Origin: a virus
Length of the DNA: 64,000 nucleotides
Strand: one strand, 5' to 3'
Virus record (IMG/VR): IMGVR_UViG_3300014838_000016
Span: 23,699 to 87,698 of that record
A program made the position numbers and the translations under genes. How positions within the stretch are numbered: the first letter of the stretch is position 1; every line of letters begins with the position of its first letter. The notes under the pieces are model-generated. The model saw only the letters and a program-made list of their open reading frames with translations, ran no database searches and had not been told where the DNA came from. Positions 9,355-18,866 of the stretch are shown here, piece after piece.

Positions 9355-12300
9355 TAGCTGTTATCCTCTTCCCACTCGTAACTTACGGTAACAGTCTGGG
9401 TTGCGATGACGGCTCCAAGGTTGATGCAAAGCTGCTGAGCTACACCACGCAGGACGATGCAAGCAGCCCCACCGCGAGTACCGAAGTCCCAAAGCCATGT
9501 GTTGGCACCCGTCGTCGCGTTGGAATCGTCGAAGAACTGGATACCGCGAATTGTGCCAACGGCGGTGCCCAAGGTCGGAGCAGCCGTGTAACGGAGCGGG
9601 GCGGCTGAGGCGGCGGCATAGGCGCTGTCGTGAGGTACTGCGGTCATCGCTGCGGAAGTTCCACCCGTGTCCGCCGCTGAACGCTTGACCAACGTAACCG
9701 CTTCCACGCCAGCCGTGCCACTGGTGCTCATGGAGACTTCCACGCGGGTGATACGGATGGTCTTCGAGGCTGAACCCGGAAGCACGGCGATGTCGCCAGC
9801 GACAGGGGTGAAAGTGGCGAAGCAAGAATAGGTTTGCTTACGACCTTCGATGTTGACATAGAGTGCGCCCGTGGTGTCAGACTGTAACGCCCCGGCCTGC
9901 CCTGCTGTAAGAACAAGTGGCGTGGTGTTGTACTCTGCGGATGTGAGGAGAGCATTCGTTGGAGCAGTTGCACCACCAGCGGCGGAATCCACCGAAGCTC
10001 CAGTGCCGCCTGAGATGCCGACCTTCTGGACGCCAGCGGATGCGGCGACCGCAGCTACCGTGCCGATGAACAGGGAAGAGTTGACGCTTCCAGCGATCAC
10101 TGCTCCCGGAGTTGTACCGAAGTTTGCGGGTGCGCCGAGGGCAGTGCCAGCCCATGCTTGCACGTCACTATTCAAAGCACCATGCAAATCTGTAACAGGC
10201 AGAACTTGGTCACCAGTTGTGTAGGTGATGGTGCTGTACGCGGTTTCAGCGACGGCGGGTAATACGCCTACGTTGAAAGCGTTTGGAGCGGCGTTGTTAT
10301 TTGTGAGGTTGCCTTGGAACGACCACGGAGCCCCACCTTGCTGTACGGTCCACGTACCAGACTGAGTGACGGCTACAGTTCCAGTGATGGTTGTAGAGGC
10401 GAGCGAGACTACCCATGGAGACGTGGATTGGGTGACAGCGACCGTGCCGCTGACTGTGACCGCAGGGGAGTTAGTGATGAAAGCGTTGACAGCGGGGACA
10501 GGTACCGCCGCAGGCGAGCCGCCGTAATTGACAACAGCGGTTGCGCCCAATGCCGTACCAGCCACAGCTTGTAAATCTTGGTTAAGAGCACCATGCAAAT
10601 CGGTGACAGGCAATACCATGTCGCCAGTTGCATAGGTGACGGTGCTGTATGCAGTCTCAGCAATCGCAGGGAGGACGCCAAGGAGTGTCGCCGTGGGAGC
10701 CGCATTGTTGTTGGTAAGCGCACCGTCCACGGCAACCGTACCCGTGATCGTGGTAGACGCTAGCGAAACAACCCATGGGCTCGTGCTCTGGGTGACGGCC
10801 ACTGTTCCAGTGATGGCTGTAGATGCAAGTGAAACGACCCAAGGAGATGTGCCTTGGAAACAGTAGGCATTGACACCAATGACTTCTTCACCCGTTGGAG
10901 CGGTTGCCCAAATTGTCGGACCACCAAGAGCCGTACCAGCAAGAGCTTGCAAATCAGTGTTGACAGCGCCGTGCAGGTCAGTGACAGCCAAAACTTGGTT
11001 GCCCGTGGTGTAGGTGTTGGTCGTGTATGCAGTCGCGGCGAGGTAGCCGAGGCTGCCTTGGTTGTTGGCGGCAGGCGCAGCGGTGTTGTTCGATAGGTTT
11101 CCGCCGGGGAATCCAGTGACGTTGACGTTCAACGCACCACCCGTATTCGTCAAGGCGGTCGTACCAGAGAACAAGGAAGCATTGACTGCTGGAACGTTGA
11201 CGGCAGCGGGTGCCGTGCCGAAAGCAGTTACAGCCGTTGCACCAAGCTGAACTCCAGCAACAGCTTGTAAGTCTTGGTTCAAAGCGCCGTGCAAGTCTGT
11301 AACGGGCAATACCATGTCGCCCGTGGTGTAGGTGACAGTGTTGTACGCAGTCTCGGCAATTGCGGGGAGGACACCCAACAGTGTTGCAGTTGGAGCCGCG
11401 TTGTTATTGCTCAATGCGCCGTCAACGGCCACTGTGCCCGTGATAGTTGTAGACGCGAGAGACACAACCCAAGGGGACGTACTCTGGGTGACAGCGACCG
11501 TGCCTGTGATGCCAAAAGTCGTCGGGAAGTTCGTTACGTCAACGTAAATTGGGTTGCCTAAAGCATTCGCCGCAGTGGTAGCGGAGATCGGCACAGGTGC
11601 CGTACCCGATACAGCGTTCTGACCAACGAAGAGTTCCGCGTTGACCGCAGGAACCAGAACGGACGTTGCAGGAGCGGTACCCCAATCAGTAGGTGCTGCG
11701 ATGGTTGCGGTTACAGTACCGCTCACTACCCAAGGAGAAGTCGATTGCGTTACGGCTACAGTGCCAGTGATTGTTGTTGAAGCCATCGTCACAGGCACAG
11801 TGTTAGTGATGAAAGCGTTGACCGCAGGCACATTTACGGCGGCAGGCGTGGAACCATAACCTACGACGGCTGTGGCACCTAATGCGACTCCAGCAACAGC
11901 CGCCAAATCGCTGAACAGAGCACCGTGAAGGTCGGTTGCGGGTAGAACTTGGTCGCCAGTCGTATAGGTAAGGTTTGTGTACGCGGACTCAGCGATGGCT
12001 GGTAGGACGCCGACGTTTGTGGTGTTGGGAGCGGCATTGTTGTTGGTGAGTGTTCCAACGAATGACCATGGTGCCCCACCCTGCTGTACGGTCCACGTAC
12101 CACTTTGAGCAGCTTGTACGGCGAAGGTTCCCGCGTTGGTGACAGCGATAGTTTGACCAGCCGAAATCCCGACTGTCCAAGCGCCCGACTGCGTGACGGC
12201 GACCGTCCCAGATACGGCTACGGTCCCGCTTACGACCCATGGCGAAGTTCCTTGGAAGCAGTAGGCGTTGACGCCTTGAACTTCCTCACCAGTTGGGGCA

Positions 12301-13241
12301 GTCGCCCAAATCGTAGGACCACCGAGTGCCGCACCAGCTAGTGCTTGCCAATCGACGTTCATGGCACCATGAAGATCGGTGACGGGGAGGACTTGATCGC
12401 CCGTCGTGTAGGTGACGGTTGCATACGCAGTCTCAGCGATTGCTGGCAATACGCCGAGGTTGAAGGCGTTCGGTGCTGCGTTGTTATTGGTGAGGTTTCC
12501 AGCGACCGTGCTGCTCGTTGGATTGACCACGTTGACGTAGATTGGATTGCCAGCGTTGTTTGCCGCAGTTGTAGCCGAGACAGGAACAGGCGATGCCCCA
12601 GACACGGCGTTCTGACCCACAAACATTTCGGCATTGACGGCTGGAACCAACACATTTGTGGCCGGTGCAGTACCCCAATCTGTGGGTGTGGGAATAGTTA
12701 CGGACCACGGAGCCCCACCTTGCTGTACGGTCCATGTTCCAGATTGAGTTGCGGCTACAGTCCAAGCGCCTGATTGAGTGACAGCAACAGTTCCCGTTAC
12801 CCCTACTGACCAAGCCCCACTTTGGATGGCGTTTACAGTCCAAGTTCCGCCCTGATCGGCGACAATCGTGCCGCTTACGACCCATGGCGATGTGCATTGA
12901 GTGACACATATCGAGGCGTTGCTGATGGCGACGGTGCCGCTTACAACCCATGGCGAGGTAGCTTGCGTGACGGGAAGCGAGGACTCAGTGAAGGTGACGG
13001 TCAGCGGATTGACCACGTTGACGTTTAATGCCTCAACTGGCGGGCTTCCAGCCAGTGTTGCGGTGAGGGCTGTGCACGATCCAACGAAGAGCGAGGCATT
13101 GACGGGGATTGCGGCTGTAACGCTGGAGCAGCAACCTACGTCGGGGCAGGTGCCAAACGCGCTCGGAGGGCTGAGTGGGGTGTTATCCCACTGCGTTATG
13201 TTGCCCGAAAACGATAGACCAAATGGGTTTTGAACTGGAAT
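9354..13241 (-). CDS. long repeat-built fibre protein (~1295 aa) with probable ATT start
   Basis: Six NN[NT]AAP...TDLHG modules and many VTQxTSPWVVS spacers; frame is open upstream of 13016 to 13274; AAGGGAGAG precedes ATT at 13241. Confidence 0.8.
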   Translation of the reverse strand: MPVQNPFGLSFSGNITQWDNTPLSPPSAFGTCPDVGCCSSVTAAIPVNASLFVGSCTALTATLAGSPPVEALNVNVVNPLTVTFTESSLPVTQATSPWVVSGTVAISNASICVTQCTSPWVVSGTIVADQGGTWTVNAIQSGAWSVGVTGTVAVTQSGAWTVAATQSGTWTVQQGGAPWSVTIPTPTDWGTAPATNVLVPAVNAEMFVGQNAVSGASPVPVSATTAANNAGNPIYVNVVNPTSSTVAGNLTNNNAAPNAFNLGVLPAIAETAYATVTYTTGDQVLPVTDLHGAMNVDWQALAGAALGGPTIWATAPTGEEVQGVNAYCFQGTSPWVVSGTVAVSGTVAVTQSGAWTVGISAGQTIAVTNAGTFAVQAAQSGTWTVQQGGAPWSFVGTLTNNNAAPNTTNVGVLPAIAESAYTNLTYTTGDQVLPATDLHGALFSDLAAVAGVALGATAVVGYGSTPAAVNVPAVNAFITNTVPVTMASTTITGTVAVTQSTSPWVVSGTVTATIAAPTDWGTAPATSVLVPAVNAELFVGQNAVSGTAPVPISATTAANALGNPIYVDVTNFPTTFGITGTVAVTQSTSPWVVSLASTTITGTVAVDGALSNNNAAPTATLLGVLPAIAETAYNTVTYTTGDMVLPVTDLHGALNQDLQAVAGVQLGATAVTAFGTAPAAVNVPAVNASLFSGTTALTNTGGALNVNVTGFPGGNLSNNTAAPAANNQGSLGYLAATAYTTNTYTTGNQVLAVTDLHGAVNTDLQALAGTALGGPTIWATAPTGEEVIGVNAYCFQGTSPWVVSLASTAITGTVAVTQSTSPWVVSLASTTITGTVAVDGALTNNNAAPTATLLGVLPAIAETAYSTVTYATGDMVLPVTDLHGALNQDLQAVAGTALGATAVVNYGGSPAAVPVPAVNAFITNSPAVTVSGTVAVTQSTSPWVVSLASTTITGTVAVTQSGTWTVQQGGAPWSFQGNLTNNNAAPNAFNVGVLPAVAETAYSTITYTTGDQVLPVTDLHGALNSDVQAWAGTALGAPANFGTTPGAVIAGSVNSSLFIGTVAAVAASAGVQKVGISGGTGASVDSAAGGATAPTNALLTSAEYNTTPLVLTAGQAGALQSDTTGALYVNIEGRKQTYSCFATFTPVAGDIAVLPGSASKTIRITRVEVSMSTSGTAGVEAVTLVKRSAADTGGTSAAMTAVPHDSAYAAASAAPLRYTAAPTLGTAVGTIRGIQFFDDSNATTGANTWLWDFGTRGGAACIVLRGVAQQLCINLGAVIATQTVTVSYEWEEDNS

Positions 13242-13381
13242 TAGAGTCTCTCCCTTTGAGCCGCTCGTCTTGCTTCAGACCACGGCTTTCCTTTTGCCCT
13301 GAGTAAGTAAATTATCATGTTCAGTTTGTTCCCATGGTGTGGGACATCAAAACGCTCTCTTATTAGGGATTACATAGTCTT

Positions 13382-14164
13382 TTACTGGAATTCCTGAATG
13401 CTCAACAGCGCACAAAAAGTGGGCGGACTACCGCAACAATTATCGGTGTACGAAAGCCCACTATCGGCTATGGCGTTCACCGCAGCGGTCGTGAAATCAC
13501 TACTATCCATCCAAAACGTGCCTCCGGGTGCCAGCGTGATCCCAGCAAAGAGGATGGCTGGATTGCTACCAAAAGCAATGCTCATCGTGACGTAAGACAT
13601 ATTCGTCAAATTCAGCCCCTTTCTTGAGGGGTTCGACGCCAATATAACCGTCGATGATGTGTTCACGCATATAGATTCAGGTGCATTGGCGACAGTGGCG
13701 GTCTGCGGGCAACAGGGGGGTGCGGTGGTGACGAACGAATCCGCCGAGTAACCGAAGACCACCGAACCGCAGACGGGCGGGCTTCCACAGGCTGTTCCCG
13801 TGATCGGACTGAGGAGGATGACCTGAAAATACGGTATGGCGGTGAGGTTGAATTCAGCCGCTAGAAAGGTATTAGCTTGGAGATCGTAAACTGGGCCGAC
13901 CGCCCCGCCGATTCCCGGCACATAACCCGTGAGGGGGAACCAGTTCACGCCATCGGTGCTGCCTTGGAACTGAACCGCTCCACCAGTGATGCAGCCTTGA
14001 TCTAGGGTGACGATTAGGGTGTTGTACGAGTAGTCGTTGTTTACTATTGTGGCCGTCGTACTGACTGGCGTGGCGCATTCCCATGGCGGAAATGTCGCAC
14101 CACATTGAGTGTTTTCGCCGACACTCAGAACTGCGGAAATACTGTATTGTGACTCGACGTGCAT
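13382..14164 (-). CDS. Cys-rich putative virion protein with two beta domains
   Basis: FQGSTDGVNWFP and ASNPSRKGLNLTN motifs; CGSPP occurs twice. Confidence 0.7.
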   Translation of the reverse strand: MHVESQYSISAVLSVGENTQCGATFPPWECATPVSTTATIVNNDYSYNTLIVTLDQGCITGGAVQFQGSTDGVNWFPLTGYVPGIGGAVGPVYDLQANTFLAAEFNLTAIPYFQVILLSPITGTACGSPPVCGSVVFGYSADSFVTTAPPCCPQTATVANAPESICVNTSSTVILASNPSRKGLNLTNMSYVTMSIAFGSNPAILFAGITLAPGGTFWMDSSDFTTAAVNAIADSGLSYTDNCCGSPPTFCALLSIQEFQ

Positions 14165-14244
14165 TCTAATCCCCTATAAATGGGCGGCAAAGCTTAAAAA
14201 CGTGCGAACCGTCAAAATCCTAATTTTATTGAGAAAATGAGAGC

Positions 14245-14394
14245 TTACCTCATGCAGTTGCACAATTTTTCCTTGCGCTTGGTGGTCGCTTTACGGGCAT
14301 CCGCACACGTGTTACAGTGATAGGTCACACTGCCATCTTGGTTGTAGACACGCCATTGAGCTTGTTGACCGCACGAACATATTACTTTTGCCAT
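14245..14394 (-). CDS. small zinc-ribbon protein
   Basis: MAKVICSCG...HCNTC...CNC; overlaps the GT2 stop. Confidence 0.55.
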   Translation of the reverse strand: MAKVICSCGQQAQWRVYNQDGSVTYHCNTCADARKATTKRKEKLCNCMR

Positions 14395-15035
14395 AGCTTT
14401 TGAATTGTCTCCCATGATTCGGGTTTGTAGTCCTTGCTCAGGTGCTTCCTGCAAGCATTGGCCGTATGGATCGCCGCTACGACCAAGGCAGGATCGTTCA
14501 GATCGTACCTCGCTGCAACAGGCGTCTTCTTTTGAAAATTGTAGTCGGCTCCCGAGTTGATGTTGTCGAACTTGTTTTTCTCCCAAGCGGATTTGCGTAT
14601 CGCGATAGATGCCATCCATCCGATCCCTTTTGGACTCGTGTATCGGTACGCCAACGCGCTGCCGTGCTGGTAGTAGTAGAGGGTGCTCGTCCCCGAGACG
14701 TGCAGTGCGGGGTTCTCAATGAGCGGTGTGATCTGGCGGGTGATTCGATTCGCTGGGTACCAGTCATCGTCATCCCAAATAATTCCGAATTCCCCGCTCG
14801 ATAGCTCAAAGCACCTATTTATTTTCGCCCCATGATGTTTTTTCGGGCTTTCATGGAAATATTTGACCCTCGGGTCGGCGGGCAGGAGGTCTTGAATTGG
14901 TTCCGCACCGTCATCCAATATGATTAGTTCGAGGTTGGGGTAGTCCTGAGAAAGAAAACACTCTATGGCCCGAGGAAAGAATGCCCTACGGTTGAAGGTT
15001 GGCGTCAGTGCGCTTACGAGGGGAAAATCAGACAT
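14382..15035 (-). CDS. glycosyltransferase family 2 (GT-A fold)
   Basis: VSALTPTFNR, SQDYPNLELIILDDG and WDDDDWY motifs. Confidence 0.92.
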   Translation of the reverse strand: MSDFPLVSALTPTFNRRAFFPRAIECFLSQDYPNLELIILDDGAEPIQDLLPADPRVKYFHESPKKHHGAKINRCFELSSGEFGIIWDDDDWYPANRITRQITPLIENPALHVSGTSTLYYYQHGSALAYRYTSPKGIGWMASIAIRKSAWEKNKFDNINSGADYNFQKKTPVAARYDLNDPALVVAAIHTANACRKHLSKDYKPESWETIQKLWQK

Positions 15036-15867
15036 GGCATAACCTACAATTTGGGTTGATTATCCCACGCCTGACATGCCAACGAATATGACTAGCGGCT
15101 CGTCCGCCTAAGACCGTAATACGAGCTAAGTGTCCATTTTCAATGTTCTTTCGTCCTTGAGCACGTCCTAAAGATTGTATATGCCCATTTTCGACATTCT
15201 TACAGCCTTGAATACGCCCAAGCTCTTGTATGTGCCCGCTTTCAACATTCTTGCGTCCCTGAATAGGGCCACTAATTCGTCCGCCAATACTGCCGCCGAC
15301 ATGACCGAACTTGGACCGTTGTTCTGGTGTAAGCGAAAGGGCGGCTAGTCGGCGTATCCTATCCAAGTGTCCACTTTCCACATTCTTGCGATGTAGAGCT
15401 TGCATGTGCCCGCTTTCAACATTCTTGCGTCCTTGGATGCGCCCGTTTTCAGCGTTCTTGCGCCCTAAGGCTTGTATTTGCCCGCTCTCAGCGTTTTTGC
15501 GCCCTAACGCTCTAGTTTTCTCAACTAATTTCACCCTGCCCCTTTCATAGATTTCGGCGTAGCGAGGCAACTCATCCACGGCTACCTGATAAACACTTTT
15601 CCTGTTCGCCATGAGATAGAACACCTTCTCAAATTCTGAAGCACACATCGCCAACCAGTAGTGAGCCCTGAAATGGTCCGCAGGCGATACCCGCATGATG
15701 TTGCTTGTATCCCTAGTTAATTCAGGGAATTCTTTCCTCGGGAGGATGTGGTGCTTGTGCCCTACGCTTGCTTTCGACAAAGACTCGATGAATGTAAAGT
15801 ATAATGTGAAGTCCACGTCGGGGAAACGGACGGACAAAATTTCACGAAGATGTATGGGAACGGTCAC
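15028..15867 (-). CDS. HNH-like homing endonuclease with seven GRKNVESGH-type repeats
   Basis: HKHHILPR...N....S..DHFRAH; C-terminal HxRWH...CRLC. Confidence 0.75.
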   Translation of the reverse strand: MTVPIHLREILSVRFPDVDFTLYFTFIESLSKASVGHKHHILPRKEFPELTRDTSNIMRVSPADHFRAHYWLAMCASEFEKVFYLMANRKSVYQVAVDELPRYAEIYERGRVKLVEKTRALGRKNAESGQIQALGRKNAENGRIQGRKNVESGHMQALHRKNVESGHLDRIRRLAALSLTPEQRSKFGHVGGSIGGRISGPIQGRKNVESGHIQELGRIQGCKNVENGHIQSLGRAQGRKNIENGHLARITVLGGRAASHIRWHVRRGIINPNCRLCHV

Positions 15868-15868
15868 G

Positions 15869-16162
15869 TTAGTCCTCTATGCACTTCTTCATTATAGCCG
15901 CCACGACTTGAGAAAGCATAACGACCACAAACACTCGTACAATGTAGTCGGCAACGCTGTGGCACAAGGATTTGCGGTATATTAACACCAAAATCATTGC
16001 TACCCAGTGCGAAACGCACCATGTACATGACAATAATTCGTCTAAAAATGGGAATTTTGATGCCAGCCAGTCGTGGGGTTTGGCAAAAATCTTCCCCTTG
16101 GCTACGACCAAACTGAGCGCCCCGCACGCAACGCCGAGTTCCAGCAAGACAGCAAGAATCAT
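15869..16162 (-). CDS. DUF1360-like membrane protein
   Basis: LLSCTWCVSHWVA motif; three hydrophobic segments. Confidence 0.65.
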   Translation of the reverse strand: MILAVLLELGVACGALSLVVAKGKIFAKPHDWLASKFPFLDELLSCTWCVSHWVAMILVLIYRKSLCHSVADYIVRVFVVVMLSQVVAAIMKKCIED

Positions 16163-16176
16163 ATTGGATAATACTC

Positions 16177-16212
16177 AAAAAGAAAGGGATGCTGGGCAGC
16201 ATCCCCTTTTGT
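16177..16212 (-). terminator. intrinsic terminator, probably bidirectional
   Basis: GGGATGCT/AGCATCCC stem with A and T tracts on both sides, just downstream of the 844-aa gene. Confidence 0.75.
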
Positions 16213-16227
16213 TTTCAACCGTTAAAA

Positions 16228-18762
16228 TTAGCCGCAGATCGAAGTCTGTTCGCTCCATCTACATTGTGCAACGGCCTTGGCGCATCCCCTGAAGCTCTTG
16301 CCGGCAATCGTGTAAGTCTTGCCGTTCAAGCAGTCCATGAGACCGTCGTAGTTGCGTGGGAAAGCTGCCGCGTAGCCAGCCCAGACGATGGTGCCGCCCG
16401 TGACGCCAGTTGATGCGGTATCCACATTGACGTTGCCCGGACCAGCCGCGAATGCGGAACCAGTGAGCGTCCCGCCTTCGATAAGCTGGAACAGAACCGT
16501 GGAGCCGTCCGTGAAGACCTGAATTTCGCGGAGTAGCTGTACAAGAGCCGCCGTGCCATTGCCTTGAATCGACCACAGCGGGACGAACGCAGTCGTCATG
16601 ACCTGAGTGTCGAACGCCGCACCGCTGTCGTAGGAGTAGTACTGGATCGAGCAAGCAAACTGCTCGTCCGCAGGGATGGTGACGAGTGCGCCCGATGGTG
16701 AGAGCGACAAGTCCTGATTCGAGCCGAGCGGGAAGGTGTTCGGCCCGCAAATGACCGTTGCCAGTTCGAGCACTGGGGTTGGCATACCACCCGTGATAAA
16801 GACGTTGAGAGATGTCTCAGCGGGGCTGCCCATGGTCGTGTAGGTGTTGCCGCATACGTTGAGACAGGTGTTGGTAATATCAACGAAGAGCGGGGTGTCA
16901 ATGGTGTTGGTGACAGTGACGGTGCCCGTGACGGTGACCGTACCAGTGACGCTTACGGTGCCGCCTGTGATATCGACATAGATCGGAGTGTCGAAGGTGT
17001 TTGCAACGTTGACGTTAAGGAAAGACTCTGCTGGGCTGCCGAGCGTTGTGAAAGTCGCCCCGCATACGTTGAGGCAAGCGTTGGTAACGTCAACGTAGAT
17101 CGGAGTGTCGGGTGTGTTTGAGTTGAGGGTGACATCACCGCCAGTAACGAAAACGTTGAGTGAAGACTCCGCTGGGCTACCTGAAGCTGTGAACGTCGCA
17201 CCAGTGAGGCCGACCGTCCAAGTACCCGCCTGATTTACGAACCAATCGCCGCACTGTGTAGCGCATACCGTGCCGCCAACGCTGAAGACGTTGAGTCCTG
17301 TTTCCGCAGGGCTTCCAACAGTCGTCGTGCCGACGCCCGTGATGTTGATCGTGCCGCCCGTAACATCGACATAAATCGGGGTATCGATGGTGTTCGAGAC
17401 GGTAATGTCGCCGCCCGTAACAAAGGTGTTGAGGGAGGATACCGCAGGACTACCAACCTCCGAGAAGGTTGCTCCGCACACATTGATGCAAGCGTTGGTG
17501 ATGTTTACATCGACCGTGTTGCCGATGTCAACGGTGCCAGTGACGGTGATGGCTCCACCCGGCCCCGTACCAGTGACGGTTACGACGCCAGTGATGGTAT
17601 CAATCGTGCCGCCCTCAACGAAGACGTTGAGTGAGGATACCGCTGGGCTACCAGCGACCGTGAAGGTTTGTCCGCATACGTCGATGCAGGCATTGGTTAT
17701 GTCAACGTAGATCGGGGTTTCTGGCGTGTTCGAGTTGAGGGTAACATCGCCGCCGAGGACGAAAACGTTAAGACCTGCTTCGGCTGGGCTGCCTACGAGA
17801 GTCGTTCCAATAGGAACGCCGCCAATTTCAGTGATGTTGGTGACCCACGGGGATGTGCACTGGGTGACGCAAATCTCGCCGCCAGTTACAAATGTGTTGA
17901 GGCCGCATACCTGAACAGTAGCGCAATCGGGAGTGGTGACGATTTCCGCAGCCGAGATTGTGACCGCACCATTGTTGGCGAGTGCACGACCAGTAAGTGT
18001 ACCGCCGCCGAGAGTGATGCTTGCAACGGCGAGGATGGTGCCTTCAGTGATTGCACCCGGCCCGATGGATGTCCAAGAACTTCCAGCGACCCAAACGATG
18101 TTGCACGCCTGTGCTCCGTTAGCCAAGAGGATCGTGCCAGCAATCTGCTGAGTGATGCCACTGCCAGCGAGGAACACGAACACTGCATCAGGGTTGCCCT
18201 GTGCATCAAGAGTAATCGGTGTGTTGATGGCGAGGGTTGAGCCGCTCGAATAAACGCCCGGGTAGTAAGTCCCAACGGGGGCACCGATGGAGTTCTGCGT
18301 GCCCATGTCCGCCGTGGTGAGTACCGTTCCCGGCCCCAGACCTTGGTAATAAGCGATGGCGTTTGCTACAGCCGTCTGATCTCCAGCCGTGGCGGTGACA
18401 ATCGCCGCAGGAGCGACAACTACGCCCGGTGGGAATCCGATAATTGAATTTGTTGGGTACGAACCGACATTATCGCCCGAGATGACCGAGGAGCCCGAGT
18501 TCGTTACGCCGCTGGAGCCGAGGAGGGCGTAGTTTGCTGCTGAGCCGAGGTGAGAAAGTGTAGGGGAGATTCCACCCGTGCAAGTTGTTCCCACCCCTTG
18601 GATGGTGACTTCTGGGATGTTGATGACGCCGACATTGATCGAGGCGACAGCGGGGCTGCCCGAGACTGTAATGAGGGGACAACCCGTAGTATCGTCGTAG
18701 ATACCAAAGACGGAGATTCCCGTGTACAGCCCGCCCGCACAAGATGAACAATTTTCTGGCAT
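16228..18762 (-). CDS. fibre/decoration protein containing an ice-binding-type DUF3494 domain
   Basis: LGSAANYALLG..GVTN, PGVY, ITLDAQGNPDAVFVF, LANGAQACNIVW, GTILA..SITL..GRALA; followed by GSPA repeats. Confidence 0.85.
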   Translation of the reverse strand: MPENCSSCAGGLYTGISVFGIYDDTTGCPLITVSGSPAVASINVGVINIPEVTIQGVGTTCTGGISPTLSHLGSAANYALLGSSGVTNSGSSVISGDNVGSYPTNSIIGFPPGVVVAPAAIVTATAGDQTAVANAIAYYQGLGPGTVLTTADMGTQNSIGAPVGTYYPGVYSSGSTLAINTPITLDAQGNPDAVFVFLAGSGITQQIAGTILLANGAQACNIVWVAGSSWTSIGPGAITEGTILAVASITLGGGTLTGRALANNGAVTISAAEIVTTPDCATVQVCGLNTFVTGGEICVTQCTSPWVTNITEIGGVPIGTTLVGSPAEAGLNVFVLGGDVTLNSNTPETPIYVDITNACIDVCGQTFTVAGSPAVSSLNVFVEGGTIDTITGVVTVTGTGPGGAITVTGTVDIGNTVDVNITNACINVCGATFSEVGSPAVSSLNTFVTGGDITVSNTIDTPIYVDVTGGTINITGVGTTTVGSPAETGLNVFSVGGTVCATQCGDWFVNQAGTWTVGLTGATFTASGSPAESSLNVFVTGGDVTLNSNTPDTPIYVDVTNACLNVCGATFTTLGSPAESFLNVNVANTFDTPIYVDITGGTVSVTGTVTVTGTVTVTNTIDTPLFVDITNTCLNVCGNTYTTMGSPAETSLNVFITGGMPTPVLELATVICGPNTFPLGSNQDLSLSPSGALVTIPADEQFACSIQYYSYDSGAAFDTQVMTTAFVPLWSIQGNGTAALVQLLREIQVFTDGSTVLFQLIEGGTLTGSAFAAGPGNVNVDTASTGVTGGTIVWAGYAAAFPRNYDGLMDCLNGKTYTIAGKSFRGCAKAVAQCRWSEQTSICG

Positions 18763-18866
18763 GATGATTTCCTTATGAATCTAGTTTTGTATTTGGCGGG
18801 CGTACCCACCCCAGAAAACTTTCCTTACTTTAGAAAACGGAAGTTTGAAAATATCCAAACCCCCAA

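Noticed and set aside
9354-13016. Diversity-generating retroelement target (AAC-rich Asn runs, repeated segments)
   Set aside because: There is no reverse transcriptase in the window, and repeat copies differ at synonymous sites rather than specifically at adenines.
13262-13305. c-di-GMP-I riboswitch (CAGGGCAAA...AAAGCC..GGTCT on the minus strand)
   Set aside because: The GNRA-capped P2 hairpin is missing, so only a partial resemblance remains.
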